Made by a program: the position numbers and the translations under genes | Sequence record: SRR20825006_1005 | Direction: 5' to 3' (one strand) | DNA: 64,000 nt | Notes under the pieces: generated by a model | Database searches by the model: none | Seen by the model: the letters and a program-made list of their open reading frames with translations, nothing else | What the model was told of the DNA's origin: nothing | Part shown: piece after piece, positions 10,258-22,254 of the stretch | How the letters are laid out: the number at the start of each line of letters is the position of its first letter | Position numbering within the stretch: the first letter of the stretch is position 1

Positions 10258-13086
10258 ATGAATTTCGCAATGCTTTCACAACTGGATGTGGCGGCGGTTC
10301 GATGCCGCTGCGGACGCAGAACGTCCGCTTTCCTGCTGAGCAGTCTGGTCGCTGCTCTCTGTTTGATTCCAACCCTCTGTCCTGCCGATGACGCGGCAAA
10401 AAAGGATTCGTCCGTGCCATTGAAACTCCGCGAAGTCGAGGGGATCAGCGAATATGTACTGCCCAACGACGTGAAGGTTTTGCTCTTTCCCGATGAGAGC
10501 AAAGAAGTCGTGACGGTCAACATGACCGTGTTCGTTGGCTCGCGCCACGAAGGCTACGGGGAAGCCGGGATGGCGCACCTTCTCGAACACATGTTGTTCA
10601 AGGGCACGCCCACCCACCCGGAAGTTCCCAAGGTGTTGCAGGATCGCGGAGCTCGGTTCAACGGCACGACTTGGATGGACCGGACGAACTACTACGAAAC
10701 ACTTCCGGCCAGCGAAGACAATCTCGAGTTCGCATTGAACTTGGAAGCCGATCGTTTGCTCAACAGCAACATCAAAGGCGAAGACCTCGAAAGCGAAATG
10801 ACCGTTGTTCGCAACGAGTTTGAACGTGGCGAGAACTCACCGATGCGAGTCTTGATGCAGCGGATCGAGTCGGCCGCATTCGATTGGCACAACTACGGCA
10901 AATCGACGATTGGCAACCGCAGCGACATCGAGCGTGTGCCGGTCGTTAAGCTGCGCCAGTTTTATCGCAAGTATTACCGCCCGGACAATGTGATGGTCAT
11001 CATCGCGGGCAACTTTGAGGTGGATCACGCGCTGAAAGCTGTCAACGATGCGTTCGGCAGCCTGCCGGTTCCCAGCACTCCAATCGATGAAACTTACACG
11101 GTCGAGCCTCCCAAGGACGGAGAGCGAACGGTTGTGTTGCGTCGGGTCGGCGACGTGCAAGTCGTCGGTGCCGCCTACCACATTCCCGCGGGCAGTCACC
11201 CTGATTACGCCGCGGTCAAAGCCTTGACCAATGTTTTGGGCGATGAGCCGAGTGGTCGTCTCTACAAAGAAATGGTCGAAACTGAAATCGCCAGCAACGT
11301 TTTCGCGATGGCGTTCGGTTTTCGTGAACCAGGGTTGTTGATGACGATGGCAGAAGTGCCCAAGGAGCAATCCATTGAGCAGGCCCGTGCCAAGCTGATC
11401 GACTTGCTGGAAAACGATTGGGCGAAGAACCCGATCACCGAACAAGAGGTGGAACGAGCCAAGCAACAGATGCTGAAGGCTCGTGAATTGGAATCAGCCA
11501 ACACGGACAAAATCGCCGTTTCGCTCAGTGACTGGGCCGCGCAAGGTGATTGGCGTCTGTATTTCTTGTATCGCGACGCGGTCGAAGCTTTGACCGTCGA
11601 GCAAGTTCGCGACGTTGCCGATCGCTATCTGAAACGAAACAACCGAACCGTTGGTTTGTTCATGCCATCGGAGGAATCGGATCGAGTTAGCATCCCCGAG
11701 TCCCCGGATTTGGCAGCGTTGCTGAAAGATTACAAAGGCCGGGCAGCTGCCGCCGCCGGGGAGCGTTTCGATCCCAATCCAGAAGCGATTGAAGAACGCG
11801 TTCAACGTGGCAGCCTCGCCGGTGGAATCGAATACGCCGTGCTGCCCAAGAAAACTCGCGGCGATTCTGTCTCGGTGTTGATGACGCTCCGTTTCGGAAC
11901 GGCTGAATCACTCAAAGACAAACTCGGCGCGGTCGAGTTGTTGGGAATGATGATGGCTCGCGGGACCGAAGATCTTGACTACCAACAACTGCAGGACGAA
12001 TGGACTCGGTTGCGTGCCGAAGTCCAGATCTACACCTTGAAAGGCGTGTTGCAGGTTCAGGTTCAAACCAAAGAAGAGTTCTTGCCCGAAGTCATTGACT
12101 TGATTGGAAAGATTTTCCGCTCGCCTCGCTTTGAGCCATCGGAGCTCGAAGTCATGCGTCGCCAAGTCATTACCGGATTGGAAAAGAACAAGGCTGAACC
12201 GAATTCTCTCGCACCTCGCAAAGTGCAGCAGATGCTCTCGCCGTACGACAAGGATGACATCCGATACGTCATGACGATCGAAGAAGAGATCGCCATGTAC
12301 GAAGAGACGACCATCGAACAGATCCGCCAACTGCACGCGGAGTACTTGGGCAACCAAGCCGGTGAGTTGGCGATCGTTGGTAACTTTGATGTCGAGCCAA
12401 CGCTTGAGAAGTTCCGGTCGATCGTGGAAGGTTGGGAAGCCAAACAGCCGTTCGAACGATTTGTGACGCCGGCTCAGCCTGACATTCCCGGCGCCGTCGT
12501 GACGATCGAGACGCCTGACAAATCCAACGCGTTGTTGTACAGCGGTCAACAATACAAGTTAGCGGATTCGGATCCCGAGTACGCATCGTTGGTACTGGGA
12601 AACTTCATTTTGGGTGGCGGATCACTGAGCAGCCGATTGGCCAACCGAGTTCGTCAGCAAGAAGGTTTGTCCTACGGTGTTCGCAGCGGTTTAACCGCGG
12701 CGAACTTTGCCGAGGATGAGAAGGTCAGCTTCACGCTGTACGCGATCACGAACCCGGCCAACAAAGACAAGCTGCTTCGCGTGATTCGCGAAGAGGTTGT
12801 TCGGGTGCTCGAAGACGGCGTCACCGAGGAAGAGTTGGAGCAGGCCAAGGGCGCGTACTTGCAAGCCGAACGGATTGGCCGAACGGGTGATTCGAGGCTA
12901 GCTAGCATGCTGGTTAAATCGGTCTTCAACGATCGAACGATGGCCTTTGTGGCGAAGCATGAAGAGCAGATTCAGTCGGCAACGGTTGATTCGGTCAACG
13001 CGGCGCTGAAAAAATACGTGGATCTCGATGGCTTGGTGATGGCCATCGCAGGTGACTTTGCGGCGGTCGAGCAGCCAGCAGAGTGA
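10258..13086 (+). CDS. M16 (pitrilysin-like) zinc protease, secreted
   Basis: HLLEHMLFKG inverted zinc motif; second inactive M16 half with SRL..RVR..EGLSY; signal-like N-terminus, start uncertain. Confidence 0.92.
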   Translation: MNFAMLSQLDVAAVRCRCGRRTSAFLLSSLVAALCLIPTLCPADDAAKKDSSVPLKLREVEGISEYVLPNDVKVLLFPDESKEVVTVNMTVFVGSRHEGYGEAGMAHLLEHMLFKGTPTHPEVPKVLQDRGARFNGTTWMDRTNYYETLPASEDNLEFALNLEADRLLNSNIKGEDLESEMTVVRNEFERGENSPMRVLMQRIESAAFDWHNYGKSTIGNRSDIERVPVVKLRQFYRKYYRPDNVMVIIAGNFEVDHALKAVNDAFGSLPVPSTPIDETYTVEPPKDGERTVVLRRVGDVQVVGAAYHIPAGSHPDYAAVKALTNVLGDEPSGRLYKEMVETEIASNVFAMAFGFREPGLLMTMAEVPKEQSIEQARAKLIDLLENDWAKNPITEQEVERAKQQMLKARELESANTDKIAVSLSDWAAQGDWRLYFLYRDAVEALTVEQVRDVADRYLKRNNRTVGLFMPSEESDRVSIPESPDLAALLKDYKGRAAAAAGERFDPNPEAIEERVQRGSLAGGIEYAVLPKKTRGDSVSVLMTLRFGTAESLKDKLGAVELLGMMMARGTEDLDYQQLQDEWTRLRAEVQIYTLKGVLQVQVQTKEEFLPEVIDLIGKIFRSPRFEPSELEVMRRQVITGLEKNKAEPNSLAPRKVQQMLSPYDKDDIRYVMTIEEEIAMYEETTIEQIRQLHAEYLGNQAGELAIVGNFDVEPTLEKFRSIVEGWEAKQPFERFVTPAQPDIPGAVVTIETPDKSNALLYSGQQYKLADSDPEYASLVLGNFILGGGSLSSRLANRVRQQEGLSYGVRSGLTAANFAEDEKVSFTLYAITNPANKDKLLRVIREEVVRVLEDGVTEEELEQAKGAYLQAERIGRTGDSRLASMLVKSVFNDRTMAFVAKHEEQIQSATVDSVNAALKKYVDLDGLVMAIAGDFAAVEQPAE

Positions 13087-13129
13087 TCTGGTTGCAGTTC
13101 GGCTGCGATCGATTCATAAAAATGCAGCG

Positions 13130-13163
13130 AAGCCGGATCGGGCGGGTGCCAGGTCCGGCTTTT
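13130..13163 (+). terminator. Probable intrinsic terminator
   Basis: AAGCCGGA...TCCGGCTTTT hairpin followed by T-rich run after the protease gene. Confidence 0.6.
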
Positions 13164-13308
13164 GTTGTTTACACTCGGCACCAACATTGATCTTTTTCAT
13201 CCGAGTGTTTCGTCCTTGTCCAGGGTTCCCGTGGCTGGTGTTGTGCCGGTTGGTAGGGGATCCCAGCCGATGAGGTTCGTTTTTGCCTGCGTTGTCGAGC
13301 GTTTTTTT

Positions 13309-14475
13309 ATGACAACTTCATCCACCAACGATCCTGTGGGAAATCCAACTTCCCCGGCGGACTTTCTGCAAACACCGTTGGATGCTTGGCATCGCCAAGC
13401 CGGGGCCAAAATGGTTCCCTTCGCCGGTTACGAGATGCCGATTCAGTACGAAGGCATCGTCGCGGAACACCAAGCCTGTCGTACCAAGGCCGCTTTGTTT
13501 GACGTGTCGCACATGGGCCGATTGCGGTTCGATGGCGATCACGCGGCCGAATTCCTCGACCACGTTTTGACGCGTCGTGTGACCGACATGGTGCCCGGCC
13601 AAGTCCGCTATGGCATGGTCTGCAACGCGGAAGGCGGCGTGCTGGATGACGTGCTGGTTTCGTTTTTGCAAACGCCTTCGGAGCGACGCTTTCACCTGTT
13701 GGTGGTCAACGCATCCAACCGAGAAAAAATACTGAAGTGGTTCGAGCCTCACTTGGCCGACTTCCCCACCGTCACCATGTCGGATCGCACCGAGTTGACG
13801 GCGATGATTGCGATCCAAGGACCGATGGCGATCGAAGTCTGCAAGAAACTCTTCTCAATCGATCCATCGCGACTGAAAAACTACAACGCCTTCATCACGG
13901 ACCAGTTCAAGAAACCGGTCATCGTCAGCCGCACGGGATACACCGGCGAAGATGGACTGGAATTGATCGTTCGAGCCGAAGAAGCTCACCGGGTTTGGGA
14001 GAACGTTTTGCTCGCCGGTCGCGAAGCAGGATTTGTCCCCGCCGGTTTGGGCGCTCGCGACACGCTGCGAATGGAAGCCGGGATGCCGCTTTATGGGCAT
14101 GAACTGGACGAAACGATTGATCCAATCACCGCCGGATTGAAGTTCGGTTGCAACCTGAAGGACCGTCACTTTATAGGCGAAGAAGCCCTGCGGGCTGTTG
14201 CTGAACAAGGCCCAACACGACGTCGAATCGGATTGCTTCCCACGGGTAAACGTCCCGCTCGAGAAGGTTGCGACGTTTTGAGTGCGGACGGGGAAAAGAT
14301 CGGGCAAGTCACCAGTGGTGGTCCGTCACCCACGTTGGGTGTTCCTATCGCGATGGCGACCATCGATGCCAAGCACGCGAAAGATGCGAGCTTCCAAATT
14401 GATATTCGTGGCAAGACAACGGATGCTTTGCCGACGAAGCTGCCGTTCTACAAACGGCCACCTGCCGCGTCTTAG
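13309..14475 (+). CDS. gcvT: Glycine cleavage system aminomethyltransferase T
   Basis: LFDVSHMG, SRTGYTGEDG, GLGARDTLRMEAG. Confidence 0.97.
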   Translation: MTTSSTNDPVGNPTSPADFLQTPLDAWHRQAGAKMVPFAGYEMPIQYEGIVAEHQACRTKAALFDVSHMGRLRFDGDHAAEFLDHVLTRRVTDMVPGQVRYGMVCNAEGGVLDDVLVSFLQTPSERRFHLLVVNASNREKILKWFEPHLADFPTVTMSDRTELTAMIAIQGPMAIEVCKKLFSIDPSRLKNYNAFITDQFKKPVIVSRTGYTGEDGLELIVRAEEAHRVWENVLLAGREAGFVPAGLGARDTLRMEAGMPLYGHELDETIDPITAGLKFGCNLKDRHFIGEEALRAVAEQGPTRRRIGLLPTGKRPAREGCDVLSADGEKIGQVTSGGPSPTLGVPIAMATIDAKHAKDASFQIDIRGKTTDALPTKLPFYKRPPAAS

Positions 14476-14578
14476 TCGTGTGACGCGACATTCCGCGACC
14501 GCGATTCGCGAATGTTGTTCAACAAGTTTTGATTCATCCATTTCCCTTTATTTTTCATTGATTCGTTAGGAGCCTCCG

Positions 14579-14977
14579 ATGGCACGAGACCCTTCGACCC
14601 TGCGTTATGCCGAGACCCATGAGTGGGTGGACGTTCAAGAAGAAGGCGGCGACAAGTTCGCAACGATCGGTATCTCAGCCTTCGCCGTCGAACAGCTCAA
14701 CGACTTGGTCTACATGGACCTTCCCGAAGTCGGACGCACACTGGAAGTCGGCGAAGAATTCGGTGAAGTCGAATCCGTGAAAGCGGTTAGCCCCCTGTAC
14801 AGCCCCGTTGCTGGCGAAGTTGTCGCGGTTCATACCGACCTGCCTGACAACTTGGACAATTTGAACGATGACGCGTTCGATTTTGGATGGATTCTGAAAG
14901 TGAAATTGTCAGCGGATCTGCCTGATTCGTTGATGGACTATGCCGCTTATCAAAAACAGTGTTCCGAAGCAGGTTGA
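14579..14977 (+). CDS. gcvH: Glycine cleavage system H protein
   Basis: HEWV and lipoyl-lysine motif VESVKAVS. Confidence 0.97.
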   Translation: MARDPSTLRYAETHEWVDVQEEGGDKFATIGISAFAVEQLNDLVYMDLPEVGRTLEVGEEFGEVESVKAVSPLYSPVAGEVVAVHTDLPDNLDNLNDDAFDFGWILKVKLSADLPDSLMDYAAYQKQCSEAG

Positions 14978-14981
14978 TCGA

Positions 14982-16385
14982 ATGAGTTATCTCTTTCACA
15001 CCGACGAAGACCGCCGTGAGATGTTGAAATCAATCGGTGCAGACAGCATCGATGAGATCATCAACGATCAGGTGCCAGAAGCGGTCCGTATGAAACGCCC
15101 GTTGGATTTGCCACCGGCCTGCAATGAGTTGGCGTTGACCGCCGAGATGACTCGGTTGGCCGCTCGCAATGCATCGGCCGACTCGCATGTTTGTTTCTTG
15201 GGTGGCGGTGCGTACGATCACTTCATCCCTGCCGCCGTCGATGAGATCGCTTCGCGGGGTGAGTACTACACGTCGTACACGCCTTATCAAGCCGAAGTCA
15301 GCCAAGGCAATTTGCAGGTGATGTTCGAGTACGAAACCTTGGTCACGCAGTTGACCGGGTTGGGTGTGAGCAACGCCAGTTTGTACGACGGCGGATCCGC
15401 TGCAACCGAAGCTGTCTTGATGGCTTTGTCGATGCAACGCGGCCGCAACAAAGTCATCACGACCGATGTGGTTCACCCACAGTATCGCGACATCTTGGTG
15501 GCTTACCTCAAGAACATCGACGCTGAGTTGGTGGTGGTTCCTTCGGATGAAAATGGGCACTCCAAGCCCATGATCGATGCGATCGATGACAAGACCGCAT
15601 GCGTGCTGATCCAGCATCCAAACTTCGTCGGTCAACTCGAATCAGTTTCTGAAATCGCAGCCGCGGCCAAAGAAGCCGGGGCACTGACGATTCAAGTGTT
15701 CGATCCAGTCAGCCTCGGGCGTCTGAAGCGTCCCGGTGACATGGGCGTCGACATCGCGATCGCCGAAGGTCAAAGCTTGGGCAACCCACTGGCATACGGT
15801 GGGCCTTATCTTGGCATCATGGCGTGTCGTGAAGAGTTGGTTCGTCGACTGCCTGGCCGGATCGCGGGACAAACGACCGACCGTCGTGGAAAACGCTGTT
15901 GGGTGCTGACGTTGCAAACTCGCGAACAACACATCCGCCGCGAAAAAGCGACCAGCAACATTTGTAGCAACCAGACGCTGTTGGCTTTGCGGGCGACGGT
16001 GCACCTGTCGCTGCTCGGCCCCGAGGGATTGAAAGAGACCGCGGATCACTGCATCGCGAAAACGGCTTATGCCAAAGAAGTGATTGCGAAATCGGATCGG
16101 TTCGAAATCGTTGGCGAGGGCCCGTCGCTGAAGGAGTTCGTCGTGCGAGACCTTGGTGCGGACGTCGATGGTTTGCTCGCTTACGCTCGCGACAACGGGT
16201 TGCTCGCCGGGATCGACATGACGCCGATGTGCGTCGGTGGTTCCGAAGCCTCGGAAACCGCGGTCGCTTTGCCATCGCGATACGAGCAGTGTTTCCTCGT
16301 CGCGGTGACTGAAAAACGTTCGCGTGTGGAGATTGATCGTTGGGCTAAAGTGCTCTGCGAAGCTCCCGCGATGGCCACGGTTTGA
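14982..16385 (+). CDS. gcvPA: Glycine dehydrogenase subunit 1
   Basis: YTPYQAEVSQG, NASLYDG, TREQHIRREKATSNIC. Confidence 0.96.
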   Translation: MSYLFHTDEDRREMLKSIGADSIDEIINDQVPEAVRMKRPLDLPPACNELALTAEMTRLAARNASADSHVCFLGGGAYDHFIPAAVDEIASRGEYYTSYTPYQAEVSQGNLQVMFEYETLVTQLTGLGVSNASLYDGGSAATEAVLMALSMQRGRNKVITTDVVHPQYRDILVAYLKNIDAELVVVPSDENGHSKPMIDAIDDKTACVLIQHPNFVGQLESVSEIAAAAKEAGALTIQVFDPVSLGRLKRPGDMGVDIAIAEGQSLGNPLAYGGPYLGIMACREELVRRLPGRIAGQTTDRRGKRCWVLTLQTREQHIRREKATSNICSNQTLLALRATVHLSLLGPEGLKETADHCIAKTAYAKEVIAKSDRFEIVGEGPSLKEFVVRDLGADVDGLLAYARDNGLLAGIDMTPMCVGGSEASETAVALPSRYEQCFLVAVTEKRSRVEIDRWAKVLCEAPAMATV

Positions 16386-16418
16386 TTCAACGAAGTTCAC
16401 TCTTTTATTCACGCAATC

Positions 16419-17921
16419 ATGCGAAACCAACAATCGACTCAGCTTCTGTTTGAACTCAGCCGCGCTGGGCGACGTGCTCACCGACTCGGTGATTTGGACG
16501 TGCCCTCGGTGAACGTCGACGAACTATTCGCGGACGAGGCTCTCGCCGAAACACCGCCACCACTTCCCGAATTGGCCGAAGGCGATGTGGTACGACACTT
16601 CGTCGGTTTGTCGACGCTGAACATGAGCGTCGACACGCACTTCTACCCACTGGGTTCGTGCACGATGAAGTACAACCCAAAACGCAATGAACGCATCGCG
16701 TCGTTGCCAGGGTTCTTGAACGTGCACCCGTTGCAGCATGAGTCGGGACTGCAAGGTCTGCTCGAGTTGTTGTACGAATTACAGGGCATGTTTGCGGAAA
16801 TCAGTGGGCTGCCAGGTGTCTCGATGCAGCCTGCCGCTGGGGCGCACGGTGAATTGGCGGCGTTGTTGGTTGCGGCGGCTTACTTCCGCGAACAGGGCAG
16901 CGATCGGAACGTCGTTCTGACCGCCGACTCGGCTCACGGAACGAACCCTGCCAGTGCTCAGATGGCCGGTTTCAAAACCAAAACGGTCAAAAGCAATGCG
17001 AACGGTTTGGTTGATCTGGAAGATCTGAAAGCGAAGCTGGATGACAAGACCGCGGTGTTCATGTTGACCAACCCAAACACATTGGGATTGTTTGACCGTC
17101 AGATCGAAGAGATCAACAAACTGGTTCACGATGCCGGAGCGTTGATCTACTTGGACGGTGCGAACATGAACGCGATCTTGGGCATCACTCGTCCGGGTGA
17201 CTTCGGTGCGGACTTGATGCACTACAACCCGCACAAAACATTCTCGGGACCACACGGCGGTGGTGGCCCGGGTGCCGGCCCAATCTGTGTTCGCGATTTC
17301 TTGGCAAAGTATCTGCCCGGTCCAATTGTGACCCGGGGCGAGAACGAGAATGCGAGCGGAGAGGACGATCGTTACACCTACCATTTGACGTCGCCTTCGG
17401 ATGATTCCATCGGACGTGTCCGTAGCTTCTTTGGCAACACCGGCGTTTTGGTTCGAGCTTACATTTATCTGCGGACTTACGGCGGCGACGGTCTGCGTCA
17501 TGTCAGCGAAGACGCAGTGCTCGGGGCGAATTACTTGCTCAGCAAGGTCAAGCATTTCCTCGATGTGCCCCACGGCGATCGTTGCATGCACGAGTTTGTT
17601 GCATCGGCGACTCGTTTGAAAAAAGAGAAGAAGCTTTCCGCGATGGACATCGCCAAACGCATTTTGGATTACGGATTCCATGCACCGACGGTGTACTTCC
17701 CATTGGTTGTTGATGAAGCCGTGATGGTGGAGCCGACCGAAACGGAAAGTAAGCAAACGTTGGATGCTTTCGTGGAAGCTCTTTTCCGAATCACGGAAGA
17801 AGGCGAAGAACTGATTCACGATGCACCGCACTCAACGCGAATCAGTCGACCCGACGACGTGACCGCGGCTCGACGTCCGATTTTGAAATGGACGGATGCG
17901 GCGGGTGAATCCGCGACGTGA
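16419..17921 (+). CDS. gcvPB: Glycine dehydrogenase subunit 2
   Basis: PLGSCTMKYNP, PLP lysine in HYNPHKTF, EPTETESK. Confidence 0.96.
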   Translation: MRNQQSTQLLFELSRAGRRAHRLGDLDVPSVNVDELFADEALAETPPPLPELAEGDVVRHFVGLSTLNMSVDTHFYPLGSCTMKYNPKRNERIASLPGFLNVHPLQHESGLQGLLELLYELQGMFAEISGLPGVSMQPAAGAHGELAALLVAAAYFREQGSDRNVVLTADSAHGTNPASAQMAGFKTKTVKSNANGLVDLEDLKAKLDDKTAVFMLTNPNTLGLFDRQIEEINKLVHDAGALIYLDGANMNAILGITRPGDFGADLMHYNPHKTFSGPHGGGGPGAGPICVRDFLAKYLPGPIVTRGENENASGEDDRYTYHLTSPSDDSIGRVRSFFGNTGVLVRAYIYLRTYGGDGLRHVSEDAVLGANYLLSKVKHFLDVPHGDRCMHEFVASATRLKKEKKLSAMDIAKRILDYGFHAPTVYFPLVVDEAVMVEPTETESKQTLDAFVEALFRITEEGEELIHDAPHSTRISRPDDVTAARRPILKWTDAAGESAT

Positions 17922-18760
17922 GTGAGGTTTCAGCCGTCCGTGGCCGATTGATCGAATTGGCAAACCATGACGCTGCGGCGAACATGGCGATCGACGAAGC
18001 ATTGCTAAACAGTGTTGCCGCGGGTGCCCCTCCAACGCTGCGATTCTACGGCTGGAAACGACCGACGCTTTCGCTTGGTTACTTTCAACCGTTGAGTGAA
18101 GCGATCGCGTGGGCAGACCGAACGGGTGTCGCTTTAGGAAATACCGGCGATGTGGATCTGGTTCGCCGTTCCACTGGTGGCGGTGCCATTTTGCATCACG
18201 CTGAGCTGACGCTGTCGCTGACGTTGCCGATGAATGTTTCGGACACGGGGGCTCGCGAGGCAACTTACCGTAACGTTCACGAAGCGATTGCAAGCGAACT
18301 CAAGATGATGGGCGTCGATGCGAAATCGTTTCGAACGCTTGGCACGGCGGCAGTCACGCGAGTGCCGAGTGATGCAGTACCGAGTGATGCATCTGAGCGA
18401 TCAATTGTCGGCAAGCCTGACGAGCCCTTCCTTTGTTTCCAACGCCGCACCGACGAAGACTTGATCGTGAGCGGATACAAGGTGCTGGGCAGTGCACAGC
18501 GCAGAACCAAAGGTGCGTTGTTGCAACACGGTAGCTTGCTGTGGAGTGTCTCACCTCACGCGAAGGTATTGCCGGGAATGCAGCAGCTGGCCGGACGACG
18601 GTTAGGCATGGATCAACTCGTTCACGGATTGCAACGACGACTCAAAACGCTGTTTGAGATTGATTGGCAGATAGGTGCACTCGAGCCCAACGAGATGGAA
18701 GCCGCGAAACAAATTGTTACGCAGCGATACGGCAATTCTGATTGGACGTCGAAGCGATAG
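17918..18760 (+). CDS. Lipoate-protein ligase family protein (LipM-like octanoyltransferase)
   Basis: NMAIDEALL, LSLGYFQ, RRSTGGGAILH, KVLGSAQRR, LQHGS; GTGA overlap with gcvPB stop. Confidence 0.88.
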   Translation: MSEVSAVRGRLIELANHDAAANMAIDEALLNSVAAGAPPTLRFYGWKRPTLSLGYFQPLSEAIAWADRTGVALGNTGDVDLVRRSTGGGAILHHAELTLSLTLPMNVSDTGAREATYRNVHEAIASELKMMGVDAKSFRTLGTAAVTRVPSDAVPSDASERSIVGKPDEPFLCFQRRTDEDLIVSGYKVLGSAQRRTKGALLQHGSLLWSVSPHAKVLPGMQQLAGRRLGMDQLVHGLQRRLKTLFEIDWQIGALEPNEMEAAKQIVTQRYGNSDWTSKR

Positions 18761-18887
18761 CCGTCGCCACTTGCGTTAGTGGAGACGCGAAAATGGTGCG
18801 GTGGGTCAGTGCCGCCCCACGGAGATGGTGGAGACCGCTACACTGCAGGAATTCCACACCCAACATGCTCCTCGCCGAAGGCATCCC

Positions 18888-19841
18888 ATGGCGATCCAAT
18901 TCAATTGTTCTTCCTGTAACGCGGTTCTACGTGTTGGCGACGAATCGGCTGGTAAATCAGCTCGCTGTCCCACGTGCCAAAGTGTGCAACCCATTCCGGG
19001 CGGAACGCTTCCTGCCGCACCCGCTGCTGCCGAAGATCCGTTTGGTGCGTTCAAGTCAGAGTTCAACGAACCTTCGCCTGCCCCGGCATCCAATCCCTAT
19101 GCGTCTCCGGTGACTTCTCATACGTCCGCTCACGTATCGACAGGTGGTTACCAGCCGACGGCCGCTGATTTTGGAGAGATCTTCTCGCACGCTTGGCAGG
19201 CATTCAAACCGAACATTGGCATTTTGGTCGGGGCCACTGTGATCGTGTTCGGTATTTCGTTCGGTTTCAGTATCGTGACGTCGATTTTTGAACAGGTGGC
19301 GCAGGACAATGAGAGTGCAGCCTTTATTGTGTTGACGCTATTGCTGAATCTCGGGAGCAGTTTGGTCAACATGTTCATCGGGATTGGGATGGCTCGAATT
19401 TGCATCGGCGTCACTCGTTTTCAGCCGGTCAACATTGGCATGCTGTTCAACGGTGGTGACGTGTTTCTTGGCGTTCTCGGCGGAACCATCTTGTTTGGCA
19501 TTGGAGCGGTCTTCGGCTTCTTGTTGCTGATCATTCCCGGGTTGATCTTCCTGCTTTTGATGTGGCCTTACTACTACTTCATCGTCGATCGTCAGTGTGG
19601 TGTGTTTGAAGCATTCTCTCGAGCGTTTGAAGTTGGCAAAGCGAACTGGGCAACCTCATTTGTGCTCGGTGTCGCCTCGATGCTCATTTCGTTGGGCGGA
19701 CTGTTGGCTCTCTTCATTGGGCTGTTGTTCACCGGCCCATTCATCGGTGTCCTGTTCGCGACCGCATACGTCATGATGAAAGGCGAACGTCCAGGTCAGC
19801 CCGGGATTCCTCAACCGGGAATGCCACAGTCTGCTTTCTGA
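18888..19841 (+). CDS. Membrane protein with N-terminal zinc ribbon
   Basis: CSSC...CPTC, Pro-rich linker with NPYASP, multiple TM segments. Confidence 0.75.
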   Translation: MAIQFNCSSCNAVLRVGDESAGKSARCPTCQSVQPIPGGTLPAAPAAAEDPFGAFKSEFNEPSPAPASNPYASPVTSHTSAHVSTGGYQPTAADFGEIFSHAWQAFKPNIGILVGATVIVFGISFGFSIVTSIFEQVAQDNESAAFIVLTLLLNLGSSLVNMFIGIGMARICIGVTRFQPVNIGMLFNGGDVFLGVLGGTILFGIGAVFGFLLLIIPGLIFLLLMWPYYYFIVDRQCGVFEAFSRAFEVGKANWATSFVLGVASMLISLGGLLALFIGLLFTGPFIGVLFATAYVMMKGERPGQPGIPQPGMPQSAF

Positions 19842-19874
19842 GGCTGATGGATGCGGGCTTCTTCCACGTTTGAA

Positions 19875-20663
19875 TCAGAAGCGTTGGTCGAGAAGCCCGA
19901 GTGGTGAGATTCCCTTTCCAAGTTTTGGTGCGTTGCGAATCGCATCATGCACGAAGTTGCGAGCGGTTCGCACCGCTTCGATCAGATCTTGGCCTTTGGA
20001 GAGGCCAGCCGTGATGGCAGCGGACAACACGCAACCGCTGCCGTGGGTTCGATTGGATTCAATTCGTGGCGACCGAAGCAATTGAGCTCCATCCGCGTCA
20101 GCTAAGCAGTCAACTGACCGCTCACTCACGCAAGCCTTGATCAGAACCGCACGTGGTCCCATCGCGAGCAGCTTTTCGGCGACGCTTGCGAGATCATCCT
20201 CGTTGCGAATGGATTGGCCGACCAAACGTTCGGCTTCGAATGCGTTGGGCGTGACCAGGTCTGCCAGCGGGAACACGCGATTGATCAACACGTCGATTGC
20301 GTTGTCGTCAATGATTGGGTGGCCGTGTTTGCTGATCATGACCGGATCCACGACCAAAGGGCATGCCAAAGAGTGCAAACAATCAGCCACGGTCTCAATC
20401 AATTCCGCGTTGCCGAGAGCACCGGTCTTGATCGCAGCTAATGGCAGGTCACTGGAGACGCTGGTCCATTGGGCACGAACGAATTCGGCCGGAACCATTT
20501 GAATGCCCTGAACACCCATGGTGTTTTGTGCCGTCAGCAGCGTCATCACGCTGCAACCATACACGCCGAACGAGTGAAAGGTTTTCAGGTCCGCTTGCAT
20601 CCCGGCCCCGCCCGACGGATCCGAGCCAGCGATCGTGAGAGCAACTGGGGCGGCAGCAGGCAT
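19875..20663 (-). CDS. thiD: Hydroxymethylpyrimidine/phosphomethylpyrimidine kinase
   Basis: TIAGSDPSGGAGMQADLKT, VVDPVM, THGSGC. Confidence 0.95.
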   Translation of the reverse strand: MPAAAPVALTIAGSDPSGGAGMQADLKTFHSFGVYGCSVMTLLTAQNTMGVQGIQMVPAEFVRAQWTSVSSDLPLAAIKTGALGNAELIETVADCLHSLACPLVVDPVMISKHGHPIIDDNAIDVLINRVFPLADLVTPNAFEAERLVGQSIRNEDDLASVAEKLLAMGPRAVLIKACVSERSVDCLADADGAQLLRSPRIESNRTHGSGCVLSAAITAGLSKGQDLIEAVRTARNFVHDAIRNAPKLGKGISPLGLLDQRF

Positions 20664-20670
20664 GGGGATG

Positions 20671-22128
<1,458 letters not shown>

Positions 22129-22254
22129 GGTGCGATTCCGAAGCAGGGTGTTTCGTAAGGACTACTCCTTTTCCTAGGTCATGTTTGATGATGAGGCAAA
22201 AAAGAACACGTGTTGCTTTCGGGCTGCATGCGGGGCAATCGGCCCGGTTCGAGT

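Noticed and set aside
13164-13308. Glycine riboswitch upstream of gcvT
   Set aside because: Only a simple ACACTCGG/CCGAGTGT stem; no GGAGA..GCCGAAG..CTCTCAGG core
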